NCBI GenBank assembly: GCA_963847445.1
Contig: CAWJZV010000019.1
Span: 1-34,383 of the forward strand
DNA: 34,383 bases
Source: an uncultured delta proteobacterium
GTDB taxonomy: Bacteria > Desulfobacterota > Binatia > UBA9968
Reading direction: 5' to 3'
Part shown: positions 10,579-19,178 of the stretch, one piece after another
Position numbering within the stretch: the stretch's first letter is position 1
Layout of the letters: each line of letters opens with the position of its first letter
Notes under the pieces: model-generated
Seen by the model: only the letters and a program-made list of their open reading frames with translations
What the model was told of the DNA's origin: nothing
Databases searched by the model: none
Position numbers and translations under genes: made by a program

Positions 10579-12774
10579 CTAGGCTTGCTCCTGCTCCTGA
10601 AGCTTGCGGACAATAAAACTGCCCACGTCTCGCCCCTGGGTGCCGCGGCCGAATCCCGCGTCCATGCCGCATTCGCGTGCGAGCTCGTCGGTGATTTGCG
10701 TTCCACCGGCGATAAGCACGAGCCGCTGGCGCACGCCGCGCTGCCGGGCCAGTTCGTCTAAGCGCCTCATATGTTGTTTGTGCACCTCGGCGTGGGTCAC
10801 GATGGTCGAGATCAGTATCACATGGGCGCTGCGCTCGACGGCGGCATCAAGCACTTGCTCCAGCGCCGCCGACGTGCCGATGAAATGACAGTGAAAACCG
10901 TATTTCTCGATACCGCCATGTTTAATGTCGAGAATCTCGCGAATGCCGACCGAATGTTCGTCTTCGCCCACCGTCGCCGCGATGACGTGAAGATTGCGCG
11001 GCCGCACCCAGGCTTCGATCGCGCCATCGGCAAGCGCTTCGGCGCGCGTGGTCAAGGGCAGTTCATCGAGCTTGATGGCAACATCGAGGACGCCCTTAAT
11101 TTCAAACACGCTTCCTTCGGCCGGATGGAGCAACCGGCGGCTGATGATTTGCGGGTTCTGGAGGGCCATGCGTTTAGCCATCTCCAGCGCAGCCGCCTCG
11201 GCCAAGCGTGGACTTGCGGGCACGAAGAGAGTGACGCAGGCGACGCCATCGCCATGCTTTTCTACCTCGGGGCGTAATATGCCGGCCGCCTTATCAGCCA
11301 GCGGCCCAGTAAGCCGCCTATCGACATTGTCTTCATGGTCGAGCTCATCGATATATTGGATTTTCGCCGGATCACATAAGGTGCAACCGCCGAATGCGGC
11401 GCAGGGTTTGCTCTCGCCTTGGTTGTAAACACTAGCGCCGAAATGGCTGCAGACCGGCGCGCCGTAATCGGCGGCCCGATTGATCACTGTGCCAGCGCAA
11501 TCCCCGCCCGCCGGCGCGCGCAGGATGCCGTCGCCCTTGCGCTCCGGGTAATGGCCGGAGTCGACGAACTGTCCTGCTTCAACGGCTGCGTAGTAGCCGC
11601 CGTTTTCGAGGATCTCTTCGAGAAACAGCACGGCGCGCTCTTTGAGCTCGCGCGCCTGTTCTCGCAGCGGGCCATCCTTTTTGAGCTCGATCATGTCCAT
11701 CACGCCGTCGAGCCCCATGAGTGCCTGCCGTGCCGTATTCACACCCGCGACGTTGTTGTAATGCCAAGGAATGTTCCGGCCTTCGTCCGGAGTGATCGTG
11801 CTTTGGATGTCTGCCGAGGTGAGACGCGAAATCAACGTGTCGAGTACATGGGTGATGGTCGCTTCCATCATGTCTGATTCGGCGTAGCGGGTGTTCTGCT
11901 GAGCACGGAAGACAAAACCTGAAAATAACTCACGCAGGGCGACGGCATAGGGTAGATCGAGGCGCAGCTTCGGCGCCGGCGGCGCTGTCGGCGGCACGGT
12001 GGAGAGCGCGATCAACCCTGGTGCCATGCCCACCGCGCGCGAGTAGGCGCTGTTGATGGCATGCTGCACGAACAATTCGGGCGTCACTTTCCACGCCTGT
12101 TTGGCCGTGGCGTTAGCGTTATGCGCGCCGTCAAGCTGCAAGATGCCGGCGTCAGCGAGAATCTTTTTCGCTTCTGCGGCGTCGACAAACGAGCGGTGCA
12201 TGTTGATATTTCGATAGAGCACGTTGTACTGCGGGTCCTGGTGCGCGCCATTGACGCCTTCCTCGGCGAACAGCACGGCGATTTCCGGCCCGGCAAGGCC
12301 GCTGACGTAAGAATGAAAATTGATCGGCCGGCCGACTTCCTCTTCGATGGCGTCAAGCGCTTTGCGCGTGGCGCGAATCTGCTTGCGCGTGATCGGCACA
12401 CCGCCGACGCCTTCCGGCGTGCCTTCGATGAGGCCGTCGATATGGGATTGGCCGGTGGTGCGGATGACCATGATGTGATCCGCGCCATGCCAGGCGGCCA
12501 TGCGCATGCGCCGTAGATCGTCCTCGAAACGGCCGGAAGCGATCTCCGTGGTGATAACGAAGTCGCATTGCGGATCAATGTTACCGAAGGCGTGGGCTGC
12601 GGGCAGCGGAATTGACTGTGGCAAATCTTCCGAGGCGTTATGGTAAATGAACGGTCCGAGCTGGTGGTTCGCCAGTTTGCGCCGCCAGCGCCATCCTTTG
12701 CGCTTGGGTCGGTAATGCTCCAGGTCGCGCAAGACCTCGCGTAGGTCGAGTTTTTCGCTTGCCGACAATTTCAT
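10579..12774 (-). CDS. oraE: D-ornithine 4,5-aminomutase large subunit (AdoCbl and PLP dependent)
   Basis: EIASGRFEDD.RRMRMAAWHGADHIMVIRT, HQDPQYNVLYRNIN, TITPDEGRN.PW, cobalamin motif DEHSVG and PLP lysine IKHGGIEK; 731 aa. Confidence 0.97.
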   Translation of the reverse strand: MKLSASEKLDLREVLRDLEHYRPKRKGWRWRRKLANHQLGPFIYHNASEDLPQSIPLPAAHAFGNIDPQCDFVITTEIASGRFEDDLRRMRMAAWHGADHIMVIRTTGQSHIDGLIEGTPEGVGGVPITRKQIRATRKALDAIEEEVGRPINFHSYVSGLAGPEIAVLFAEEGVNGAHQDPQYNVLYRNINMHRSFVDAAEAKKILADAGILQLDGAHNANATAKQAWKVTPELFVQHAINSAYSRAVGMAPGLIALSTVPPTAPPAPKLRLDLPYAVALRELFSGFVFRAQQNTRYAESDMMEATITHVLDTLISRLTSADIQSTITPDEGRNIPWHYNNVAGVNTARQALMGLDGVMDMIELKKDGPLREQARELKERAVLFLEEILENGGYYAAVEAGQFVDSGHYPERKGDGILRAPAGGDCAGTVINRAADYGAPVCSHFGASVYNQGESKPCAAFGGCTLCDPAKIQYIDELDHEDNVDRRLTGPLADKAAGILRPEVEKHGDGVACVTLFVPASPRLAEAAALEMAKRMALQNPQIISRRLLHPAEGSVFEIKGVLDVAIKLDELPLTTRAEALADGAIEAWVRPRNLHVIAATVGEDEHSVGIREILDIKHGGIEKYGFHCHFIGTSAALEQVLDAAVERSAHVILISTIVTHAEVHKQHMRRLDELARQRGVRQRLVLIAGGTQITDELARECGMDAGFGRGTQGRDVGSFIVRKLQEQEQA

Positions 12775-13124
12775 CGCGGCAGCTCCTGCCAGAATCGTCC
12801 GGCGAGCAATTCCGTGCCGGCGCTGCGCACGGGTATCCTTTTCGCCTTAGCGAGCTCCAGCACTAATCGACCGGCGCCGTGACCGAGCAAGCCACGCTCG
12901 TGCATGCGCTCGGCCAGCGCCTTAGCCTCGATGCTGGAAAATCCCATGCGCAAAAGAACCGAGCGCTCAATCGACGGTGTCGTGTGAGTGCGCGCTTCTT
13001 CGATCAGCGGCGCGACTAATTTTTCCGCAAGCGACCAGAAATAGCCGTGCAGTTCTGCGTCGGACATAGCGCTGACGCGCCGCCGGCGTATGCTGAAATC
13101 ATCTGGTCGTTCCAAGCATCCCAT
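12771..13124 (-). CDS. oraS: D-ornithine 4,5-aminomutase small subunit
   Basis: R.DDF..RR, TTPSIERSVLLRMGFSS.EAKA and GLLG.GAG; SD GAGGAG before the ATG at 13124. Confidence 0.95.
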   Translation of the reverse strand: MGCLERPDDFSIRRRRVSAMSDAELHGYFWSLAEKLVAPLIEEARTHTTPSIERSVLLRMGFSSIEAKALAERMHERGLLGHGAGRLVLELAKAKRIPVRSAGTELLAGRFWQELPR

Positions 13125-14523
13125 GGACAATCTCCTCGACATACGGGGTCGCGGCGCGGGTCTCCAGCGCAAGAAACCTGATGTCTTGTTCGGTTAAGGC
13201 TCTGCCTTTTGGCATCGCCGCTACGGCATGGCGGAGATAGGAACGGCGTAGATGGTCGAGGTCGACATCGACCAGCGCCAGTTGTGATGGCGTTTCGGGT
13301 ATCACGATGCGCTTGCCGGGCTGGTTTTCGCGCGGCTCGCCGCGCCGGACTTCGATGCCCATCTGCTTCGCTAAGTTGAGCTGGGCGATGGGATGTTTGC
13401 CGGCCCCCGTATATTCAGTTTCTTGCACGACGATGATCTGATCGGCATCGAGTTCTTGGGCGATCACGAATGCTGCCGCCAGCGAAGTGTTGCCGGCGGG
13501 TCCGCGTTCGAGCCCTTCCAAAGCCGCCAGCACTTCGGTGATATAAAATACCTCGCCCTGTGTGACCGTAACGAAGCGATCGAGATAGCGTAGCGGGCGG
13601 GCCGCGCTGCGCGGCACGTCGGCGCGATCCGGCCAGGTCGTGAAAGGAATCGAAAACCCGGTGTGACCGGTGGTGAACGACTTCCGGTTGAAATCCCGGT
13701 CTGAGGCCATGTGAAGCCCGGAGAGATCGACACTCGCCGCGATAATTTGGCTGTCGATCGCACAGGCGCTGCGCAGACCGCGCGCGGTACCGGTGACATT
13801 GCCGCCGCCGGCATGGGTCGCGATTACCACGTCGGGGAAATGTCCAGTCTGCTCGCGCGTCTGAATCGCTAGCTCATAACCGAGGGTTTCGATGCCGACG
13901 ATGGAGTAGGGCGTATAAAGTGACGCGTTAAAATAACCGGTTTCCTTGAGTGTGCGCAGAAAAACATAGAATAACTCGGGGCCGACGGACAGCCGGATTA
14001 CCTCCGCGCCGTAGGCCTCGCAGGCGCGGGTTTTCTCGGCGATCTCCGGTTGGGCGATGCCACGGCCGTCAAAGGCCTCTTGGACGACGATGCATTGGAG
14101 GCCGGCTTTCGCTGCCTGGGAAGCGACTGCCGCACCATAGTTGCCGCTGGTGGCGGCGACGATGCCAACATAGCCGCGTTTCTTCGCTTCGTGCACCGAC
14201 AGCGCCGCTCGCCGGTCTTTGAACGAGCCCGAAGGATTCTTGGCTTCGTCTTTTACGAAAATCCGCGCACCTTTTCCGGGCCCGGCAATGGTGCGCGCGA
14301 GTCGGGTCACGTTCGGCAGCTCAATGAGGGGGGTGTTGCCCACGGCCGTGCTTCGTTGCACCTGCGCCGCGCTGTCAACATCATAGCCGGTGTCGGCCAT
14401 CAGGAGTTCATAATCGAAGGCGAGTATGCCGCTGGCATAGCGGGCGTAATCGATTCCTATCGAGGCGCGCATGATTTCATCACGCTGGGCCATGATAGCC
14501 GTGTAGCTAGAGTCTCGATTCAC
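13099..14523 (-). CDS. ortB: 2-amino-4-oxopentanoate thiolase beta subunit (PLP, fold type II)
   Basis: VGNTPL, KDEA.NPSGSFKDRRA, ATSGNYG, HAGGGN.TG, FNRKSFTTGHTGF, GLERGPAGN and QETEYTGAGKH. Confidence 0.95.
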   Translation of the reverse strand: MNRDSSYTAIMAQRDEIMRASIGIDYARYASGILAFDYELLMADTGYDVDSAAQVQRSTAVGNTPLIELPNVTRLARTIAGPGKGARIFVKDEAKNPSGSFKDRRAALSVHEAKKRGYVGIVAATSGNYGAAVASQAAKAGLQCIVVQEAFDGRGIAQPEIAEKTRACEAYGAEVIRLSVGPELFYVFLRTLKETGYFNASLYTPYSIVGIETLGYELAIQTREQTGHFPDVVIATHAGGGNVTGTARGLRSACAIDSQIIAASVDLSGLHMASDRDFNRKSFTTGHTGFSIPFTTWPDRADVPRSAARPLRYLDRFVTVTQGEVFYITEVLAALEGLERGPAGNTSLAAAFVIAQELDADQIIVVQETEYTGAGKHPIAQLNLAKQMGIEVRRGEPRENQPGKRIVIPETPSQLALVDVDLDHLRRSYLRHAVAAMPKGRALTEQDIRFLALETRAATPYVEEIVHGMLGTTR

Positions 14524-14834
14524 TTGCGGCCTCGTGGTTCGCGCAATTGCGCTCTCACCTCGCCGGCGATCCGCTGCAGTTCAGGAATCGGCGGGCCGAA
14601 ACCATGCGCATAGGATGGATTGACTTGAGCGAGAGTGCCGCGCACATGGCGCTCGGTGACGGTGACGATCTCAACTTGATCACCCAAAGCGGCGTCTGCG
14701 ACAAGGAACCCCTTCACGCGCATCTCTAGCGGAGCGCGTTTAGTGTCCTCCGGTATATGGCTGGCGCGCTGTTCCGGCGCCAGCACGATCGAATGGATCT
14801 CCACCCAGGTGCCGCTGGAGACATGCTCAGCCAT
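14520..14834 (-). CDS. ortA: 2-amino-4-oxopentanoate thiolase alpha subunit
   Basis: G.WVEIH.IVL.PEQRA..IPEDT...PLEM.VKGFL and NP.Y.HGFG.P.PEL; SD GAGG before the ATG at 14834. Confidence 0.93.
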   Translation of the reverse strand: MAEHVSSGTWVEIHSIVLAPEQRASHIPEDTKRAPLEMRVKGFLVADAALGDQVEIVTVTERHVRGTLAQVNPSYAHGFGPPIPELQRIAGEVRAQLREPRGRK

Positions 14835-15914
14835 GGGCTTCCTCCATGACGCGGTAGCGCAGAAACTTGCGCGCATCCGCCAACATCGCAGATGGCACTG
14901 GCAGATCCGCCATCGTGTGCAGGCCGGGCCTGGCATTGAGCACGTGGGGGATCATATTTACGGCGAGCGCGATGGTCGCTGCGCCGCCCGGTATTTCCGG
15001 GCTTCCCGCTAAGCGCACATGAGGTTCGCCATGAATTTCAATGGTATCCCCCGTCGCGATGCCTTCCAGTTCTGGTTGTACTTGCTGCGGATGGACGAGG
15101 GTAATCACCGCTTTATCGTCACGGTACGCGACCGCTTTGTGCAGACAGCCGGCCACGTTGCCAGGGACGACCGCGACAAAAGGTGTCTGGCGCGCAACTT
15201 GGGCGATGATCGGCTGCCGGGTCTCGATGACCCGCGCGATTTCCCAACCGACGGCGCCAGCGATCATGCGGATGGATTCTTGAAAGCCGATATGGCCGAC
15301 GACCGTTCCTTCCCGTAGCCCCGCATGGAATTGTTCCGGTGTGAGGCCGACGCCCTGGCTGCGCAATACTGTCGGACCATAGGGCGAGAGGTCGTTAACC
15401 CGAGTTGCCGTGATGGAATCAATGTTGGCGCATACTCCGGTGAGAGCGATGACTAGAAGGTCCAAGACAAATCCCGGATTGACGCCGGTGCCGAGCACCG
15501 CAGCGTCATGCTCGATCGCTAGTCTATGCAGCTCCTCGGCTCGTGCTGGCGATGCGCACGCAGGAAATGCCATCTCCTCGGCGATGGAAATGACGCTCAC
15601 TCCGTGCCGGATCAACGTGGCGATTTCTTCGAACCCATCCGCAAGTCTCGAACAGGTGGCTTGAATGGCTATCTGCGGCTTCGAGGAACTAATGGCATTA
15701 TCGAGGTCGGCGCCGATGGGGATGCGCAAATCTCGATTGAGCCCGATGGCCGGTCCGAGATCGACACCGATATGATCTTTGCGCCGTCCAAAGGCACCGA
15801 CAATTTGCAGCCCTTTTTCTCGGTTATCAATCGGGCGATGCCGGACCCCATCTGACCGATGCCAAGGAGTAGTACGCGGATCGGATCTTTCTGCGCAGAG
15901 GCTCGATCGAACAT
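14827..15914 (-). CDS. ord: 2,4-diaminopentanoate dehydrogenase, -1 frameshift near 15815
   Basis: Rossmann motif LLGIGQMGSGIAR in ORF 15669..15914. Adding one base in the A5/G3 run restores EKKGLQIVGAF... into ORF 14827..15729, which has ISIAEEM, LGTGVNPGF, RVNDLSPYG, GH.GF.ES, HPQQ..P and PEIPGG. 362 aa when corrected. Confidence 0.92.
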
Positions 15915-15981
15915 CAGTATTACCCGTCAGTTTTCAGCTGATTTTCGCTAGGTTCACAACGTTGCTCCCAATAGTCGATCG

Positions 15982-15997
15982 AGCAAGGGGTATGCCA
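15982..15997 (-). promoter_or_regulatory. Sigma54 -24/-12 promoter of the ornithine degradation operon
   Basis: Minus strand TGGCA-TACCCC-TTGCT, near-perfect consensus, about 68 nt upstream of ord. Confidence 0.85.
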
Positions 15998-16068
15998 CGG
16001 ATCGGAGCAGAGAAATGGCGAGCCGATTCGCGCAAGCGATAATTTGGACCGGGAAAGTGGCGTGTCAT

Positions 16069-16082
16069 TCGCAATCTTGCGA
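16069..16082. promoter_or_regulatory. Palindrome TCGCA-ATCT-TGCGA, candidate enhancer (bEBP binding site)
   Basis: Perfect dyad about 70 nt upstream of the -24 box; recurs at 30704 and, degenerate, at 20862. Confidence 0.5.
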
Positions 16083-16123
16083 CGGTTTGCCCAAGCGCTT
16101 GCGGGCAGCGAAATGTTCTCTGA

Positions 16124-16960
16124 CTAACTGACCGCTCGCGCTAAAGGTTTTCGGTAGACGCCGCTGTGGGGAAACCATTCTTGGAGTCCCGTGGTTCCTT
16201 TGGGTAGGTTTTCAAGCTTGCCGATGATCAGTGCGCCACCTGGAGCCAGCTTGTCTAAAAGTCTGCGCAGCGTCTCTTCCTGGGAGGTTTCATCAAAATA
16301 GGTAAAGGCGAGGTTACGGCAAAGGATGAGTTGAAATATCCCGTCGGGAACGCTCTCACGAAGGTCTTGGACGAGAAAGCTTACAGTGGTTAGATACTCG
16401 TCCTTGAGACAAAGTTCTTCTCCGGAAACATCAAACGCCTCGGCTTGCCAATCGGCGGGAAGCTCCTTCATGCTGCTCCAGTGGTAGCAGCCGCGCAGGG
16501 CCCGATGGATTGCCTGTGGGTCGATATCTGTGGCGACGACACGAAACTCAAGCGTCGGGTGTCGTTGAGCGAAGCGATGTCGCCAAAGTATCGCGAGCGT
16601 ATGAGGCTCTTCGCCGCTGGCACAGCCAGCGCTCCAACAACGCAATTGCTTTTCCCGGCCTTCGCCTACGAGCTGCACCAACTGTGGCAAGATATCTGTC
16701 TCCAAAAGCTGAAAGACGCTCCGGTCGCGATAAAAACGAGTAATGGGCATCCAACATAAGGAGCTGAGTAGCGGCCATTCTTCCGCATGATCCGTAAGAT
16801 AACTTTCATAGGCGTCTAAACTCGGCAATCCTAACTCGTGCAGCCGGCGCTTGAGGCGCTTGTAGACGCGGCTGCGCACCTTGCGAAACCCCGGCCAGCG
16901 CAAACCCAGTCGTGGTAAGCACCATTGCAAAAATTGCATGCCCTTGGAGTCGGTGATCAA
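16124..16960 (-). CDS. Orphan CheR-family SAM-dependent methyltransferase
   Basis: ITRFYRD, WSAGCASGEEP.TLA, ATDID, F..QDL, LILCRNL..YF and L.PGG.L.IG..E. Confidence 0.92.
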   Translation of the reverse strand: MITDSKGMQFLQWCLPRLGLRWPGFRKVRSRVYKRLKRRLHELGLPSLDAYESYLTDHAEEWPLLSSLCWMPITRFYRDRSVFQLLETDILPQLVQLVGEGREKQLRCWSAGCASGEEPHTLAILWRHRFAQRHPTLEFRVVATDIDPQAIHRALRGCYHWSSMKELPADWQAEAFDVSGEELCLKDEYLTTVSFLVQDLRESVPDGIFQLILCRNLAFTYFDETSQEETLRRLLDKLAPGGALIIGKLENLPKGTTGLQEWFPHSGVYRKPLARAVS

Positions 16961-16987
16961 TGACTGTTCCTTTTTAACAAGGATTCT

Positions 16988-17003
16988 CGCAACCCATAGA
17001 CCA
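16988..17003 (-). promoter_or_regulatory. Probable sigma54 promoter of the CheR-like gene
   Basis: Minus strand TGGTC-TATGGG-TTGCG, canonical spacing, about 28 nt from the start codon. Confidence 0.6.
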
Positions 17004-17083
17004 AAAGAATATTGCTTGGCCTTGTCTGCTAAGGCCGGCCTGTCCTAATTTTCGGCTGCAGCAATTCAGCGGCATAATTCCCC

Positions 17084-17173
17084 ATTGTCCTGCTCGTCCA
17101 TAAGCTGATGCACCCAGAACAAGCCGAGCTCGCCATCGGCGCCATCGATGAGCAGGGCAATGCTTTTTCTTAA
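17084..17173 (+). pseudogene. Relic fragment of a phosphoribosyltransferase-family gene
   Basis: Unannotated frame reads IVLLVHKLMHPEQAELAIGAIDEQGNAFS, matching the V.KL..P.Q.ELAIGAI.E.G motif of that family. No start codon or flanking domain sequence. Confidence 0.6.
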
Positions 17174-17189
17174 GAGTCCTATTGTTTCC

Positions 17190-17260
17190 TTTCCGAACTT
17201 GGCGTCTTTGCGCCTTGGCGAGAGGAATTTCCGAATCCGAGAATCTTCGACTCTCGGAAT
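17190..17260. repeat. REP-like element: three 8-bp units flanked by TTTCCGAA direct repeats, plus a hairpin
   Basis: CTTGGCGT-CTTTGCGC-CTTGGCGA at 17198..17221; CCGAGA...TCTCGG stem at about 17237..17257. Confidence 0.5.
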
Positions 17261-17421
17261 ATTAAAGCCGCACGCTATGACAAACATGTTGGTGTTAGTT
17301 TTTGGATAGCAATGCAACCTCGGCCGGCTGGTGAGTTCAAAAGCCTGTTCGTAAAAGCGCTTTGCCCGGGTGCGGGTATGAATTCACACCCCCTTCGGTC
17401 AATCGCTTGGACGAAACTTGG

Positions 17422-17464
17422 GCGCTGACGGATCGCAAGTGTAAAGTAGATACCCCGTCAGTGC
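17422..17464 (-). terminator. Stem-loop just downstream of fbp, possible terminator or mRNA stabiliser
   Basis: GCGCTGACGG...CCGTCAGTGC inverted repeat with one mismatch; long loop and no clear U-tract. Confidence 0.3.
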
Positions 17465-17475
17465 GGCTGTTCGTG

Positions 17476-18576
17476 CTAGTTTCGCACAGTAAAATGCTTG
17501 TCGAGCACCTTAAGCTTGTCGACGATACCTGTGTACTCGAGCTCCGACATCGGCAACATGGCGGCGCCGAAGAACCCTTGGCGCCGCATGTCAATTGATT
17601 TTCTCGATATGTCCTCACGCACAGTGTTCCAGAACGGATGCGCGAAGGCGTCGGCCGGCTCGGTCAACTTGCCGTTATGCATGGCAAACGCCGCACAGCT
17701 GATGATCGGCGGTCCGTCGAAATAGCTGATACCGGAATTGAGCGGCACTGGCATGAGCGGCATTTGGTGCGACCCGCGCATGGCGCCTGCGACATAAGGA
17801 CCGATCGAATAGGGCGCGAGCACTTCGCCAGTGGCCGGAAAGTCTTTTTGCACTCGCACCAGCATCACCGGATCGTCTTTGCCGGTGTACTTGCCAGCGA
17901 TGTTATGCAGCCGCGAGGTCGAGACAGCGGCCGCTTGTTCGCCGCTGCTGCGTGACCAGACTGACTCGACTACGTAGCGCTCCGGATCGCGCAGCAGGGT
18001 CGCGATGCCATAGAGGTCTTCCGGGGCGTTGAGCTCGATGATGCGGTCGCCTTCCGTGTGGGCGACATCCATGATGACGAACTTGAACCCTTCGGTCATG
18101 CTGGGCGACAGCATCAACCCCGGCGTGTTCATCGGATCGGCAAAGGCCAGGTACAGCGCGAGATTGTACGCGCCGGGATCGGTCTTGTCCGCGGCGAAAA
18201 ATAGAAAAGGTTCATTGGGCCGTTCTTCGAACTCCAGTTCGGCGACCGCCGGTCCCATGCCGCGCACATTGCCGGAGAAGGAGTCCTTGAGCAAGTCCTG
18301 TCCCGCGCCGTAAAGCCCTTGGCTCTTGGCCACTGCCGTGCCGGCCATGAACGCGTCCCAACAGAGTTTATGAATCTGCTGGTTATTGAGCCCGACGCTG
18401 TGCGTGCTGACGATGGCGATATCGTCGCCGGTGAAGCTGATGTAATGGTCGATTAAGAGTTTCGCGCCATGTTCGGCGATATGAGTCCTCACCGCTTGCA
18501 GCAGCTGGTGCGACGGACAGATATGGCCGCCGATGGAGCCGATGTCGGCTTTAATTACGCTGATTGTGATTTTCAT
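17476..18576 (-). CDS. fbp: Bifunctional fructose-1,6-bisphosphate aldolase/phosphatase (class V FBPase)
   Basis: SVIKADIGSIGGH, GDD, GLYGAGQDLL.D.FSGNV.GMGP, DKT.PGAYN, Schiff-base loop GKYTGKDDP, MRGSH and ELEYT; 366 aa. Confidence 0.97.
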   Translation of the reverse strand: MKITISVIKADIGSIGGHICPSHQLLQAVRTHIAEHGAKLLIDHYISFTGDDIAIVSTHSVGLNNQQIHKLCWDAFMAGTAVAKSQGLYGAGQDLLKDSFSGNVRGMGPAVAELEFEERPNEPFLFFAADKTDPGAYNLALYLAFADPMNTPGLMLSPSMTEGFKFVIMDVAHTEGDRIIELNAPEDLYGIATLLRDPERYVVESVWSRSSGEQAAAVSTSRLHNIAGKYTGKDDPVMLVRVQKDFPATGEVLAPYSIGPYVAGAMRGSHQMPLMPVPLNSGISYFDGPPIISCAAFAMHNGKLTEPADAFAHPFWNTVREDISRKSIDMRRQGFFGAAMLPMSELEYTGIVDKLKVLDKHFTVRN

Positions 18577-18657
18577 ACGAATTGGCCTCCATGAGGTTGT
18601 GCGTGACTATGCTTTCGGTGGAAGTTCGCGGTGAGCAGGCAACCTGTACGATTGCTC

Positions 18658-18673
18658 CGCAAAAGCTAAGCCA
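18658..18673 (-). promoter_or_regulatory. Sigma54 promoter of fbp
   Basis: Minus strand TGGCT-TAGCTT-TTGCG, about 82 nt upstream of the ATG. Confidence 0.72.
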
Positions 18674-18860
18674 ATAACCTCCCGTCACGGAACAGGCCGT
18701 TTGTCCGGTTCCAACAAGTCTTTGCTCGCACAATTGACAAGAGCAGGCCTATCTATTCCGAGGATTGAAAAGAGCTGTTTTGGAGGCCGCGGTAGATTAA
18801 GACGACGCCGGCGTGGTTATTCCAACCAATCGCCAGATTAAAGAGTGTGCGACATTATCG

Positions 18861-19142
18861 CTACTCAAAGGCAAGCCCAGTTACGAGCAGAAGTCCCAAT
18901 CCCATGAGACCCATGAGAAAAGAGACGAAATGCGGAACGTTGAGCTTCAGCATATCTTCCCGTGTGATCGCCGGGATCAGGTCGGCCGCGGCGATGTAAA
19001 TAAAATTTCCCGCAGCCAGCGCCACCAATGGCAGTAGTAGCTTTTTGAGAGTCGCTTCCCGAAGAACCAGCGTCACACTACCAACCAAGGCGATGGCGCT
19101 CCTGAGCATTCCAGAACAGATAATCCAGAGAAATTTGTTCAT
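18861..19142 (-). pseudogene. ZIP-family metal transporter with a large in-frame internal deletion
   Basis: The N-terminal SAIALVGS...LLPLVALAAG is joined directly to the C-terminal signature NFIYIAA.DLIP. The central H...DG/HE.P metal helices are missing; 93 aa. Confidence 0.75.
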
Positions 19143-19178
19143 GGCCCACGAGACTGTCTATTGCGCCCCGTAATGGCG

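Noticed and set aside
9666-10706. 346-aa ORF read as a complete protein
   Set aside because: It is the orr N-terminus plus out-of-frame read-through, and its start lies inside oraE.
15915-16123. Cobalamin riboswitch or FNR box upstream of the B12-dependent operon
   Set aside because: No B12-box or TTGAT-N4-ATCAA found, and the leader after the sigma54 motif is too short.
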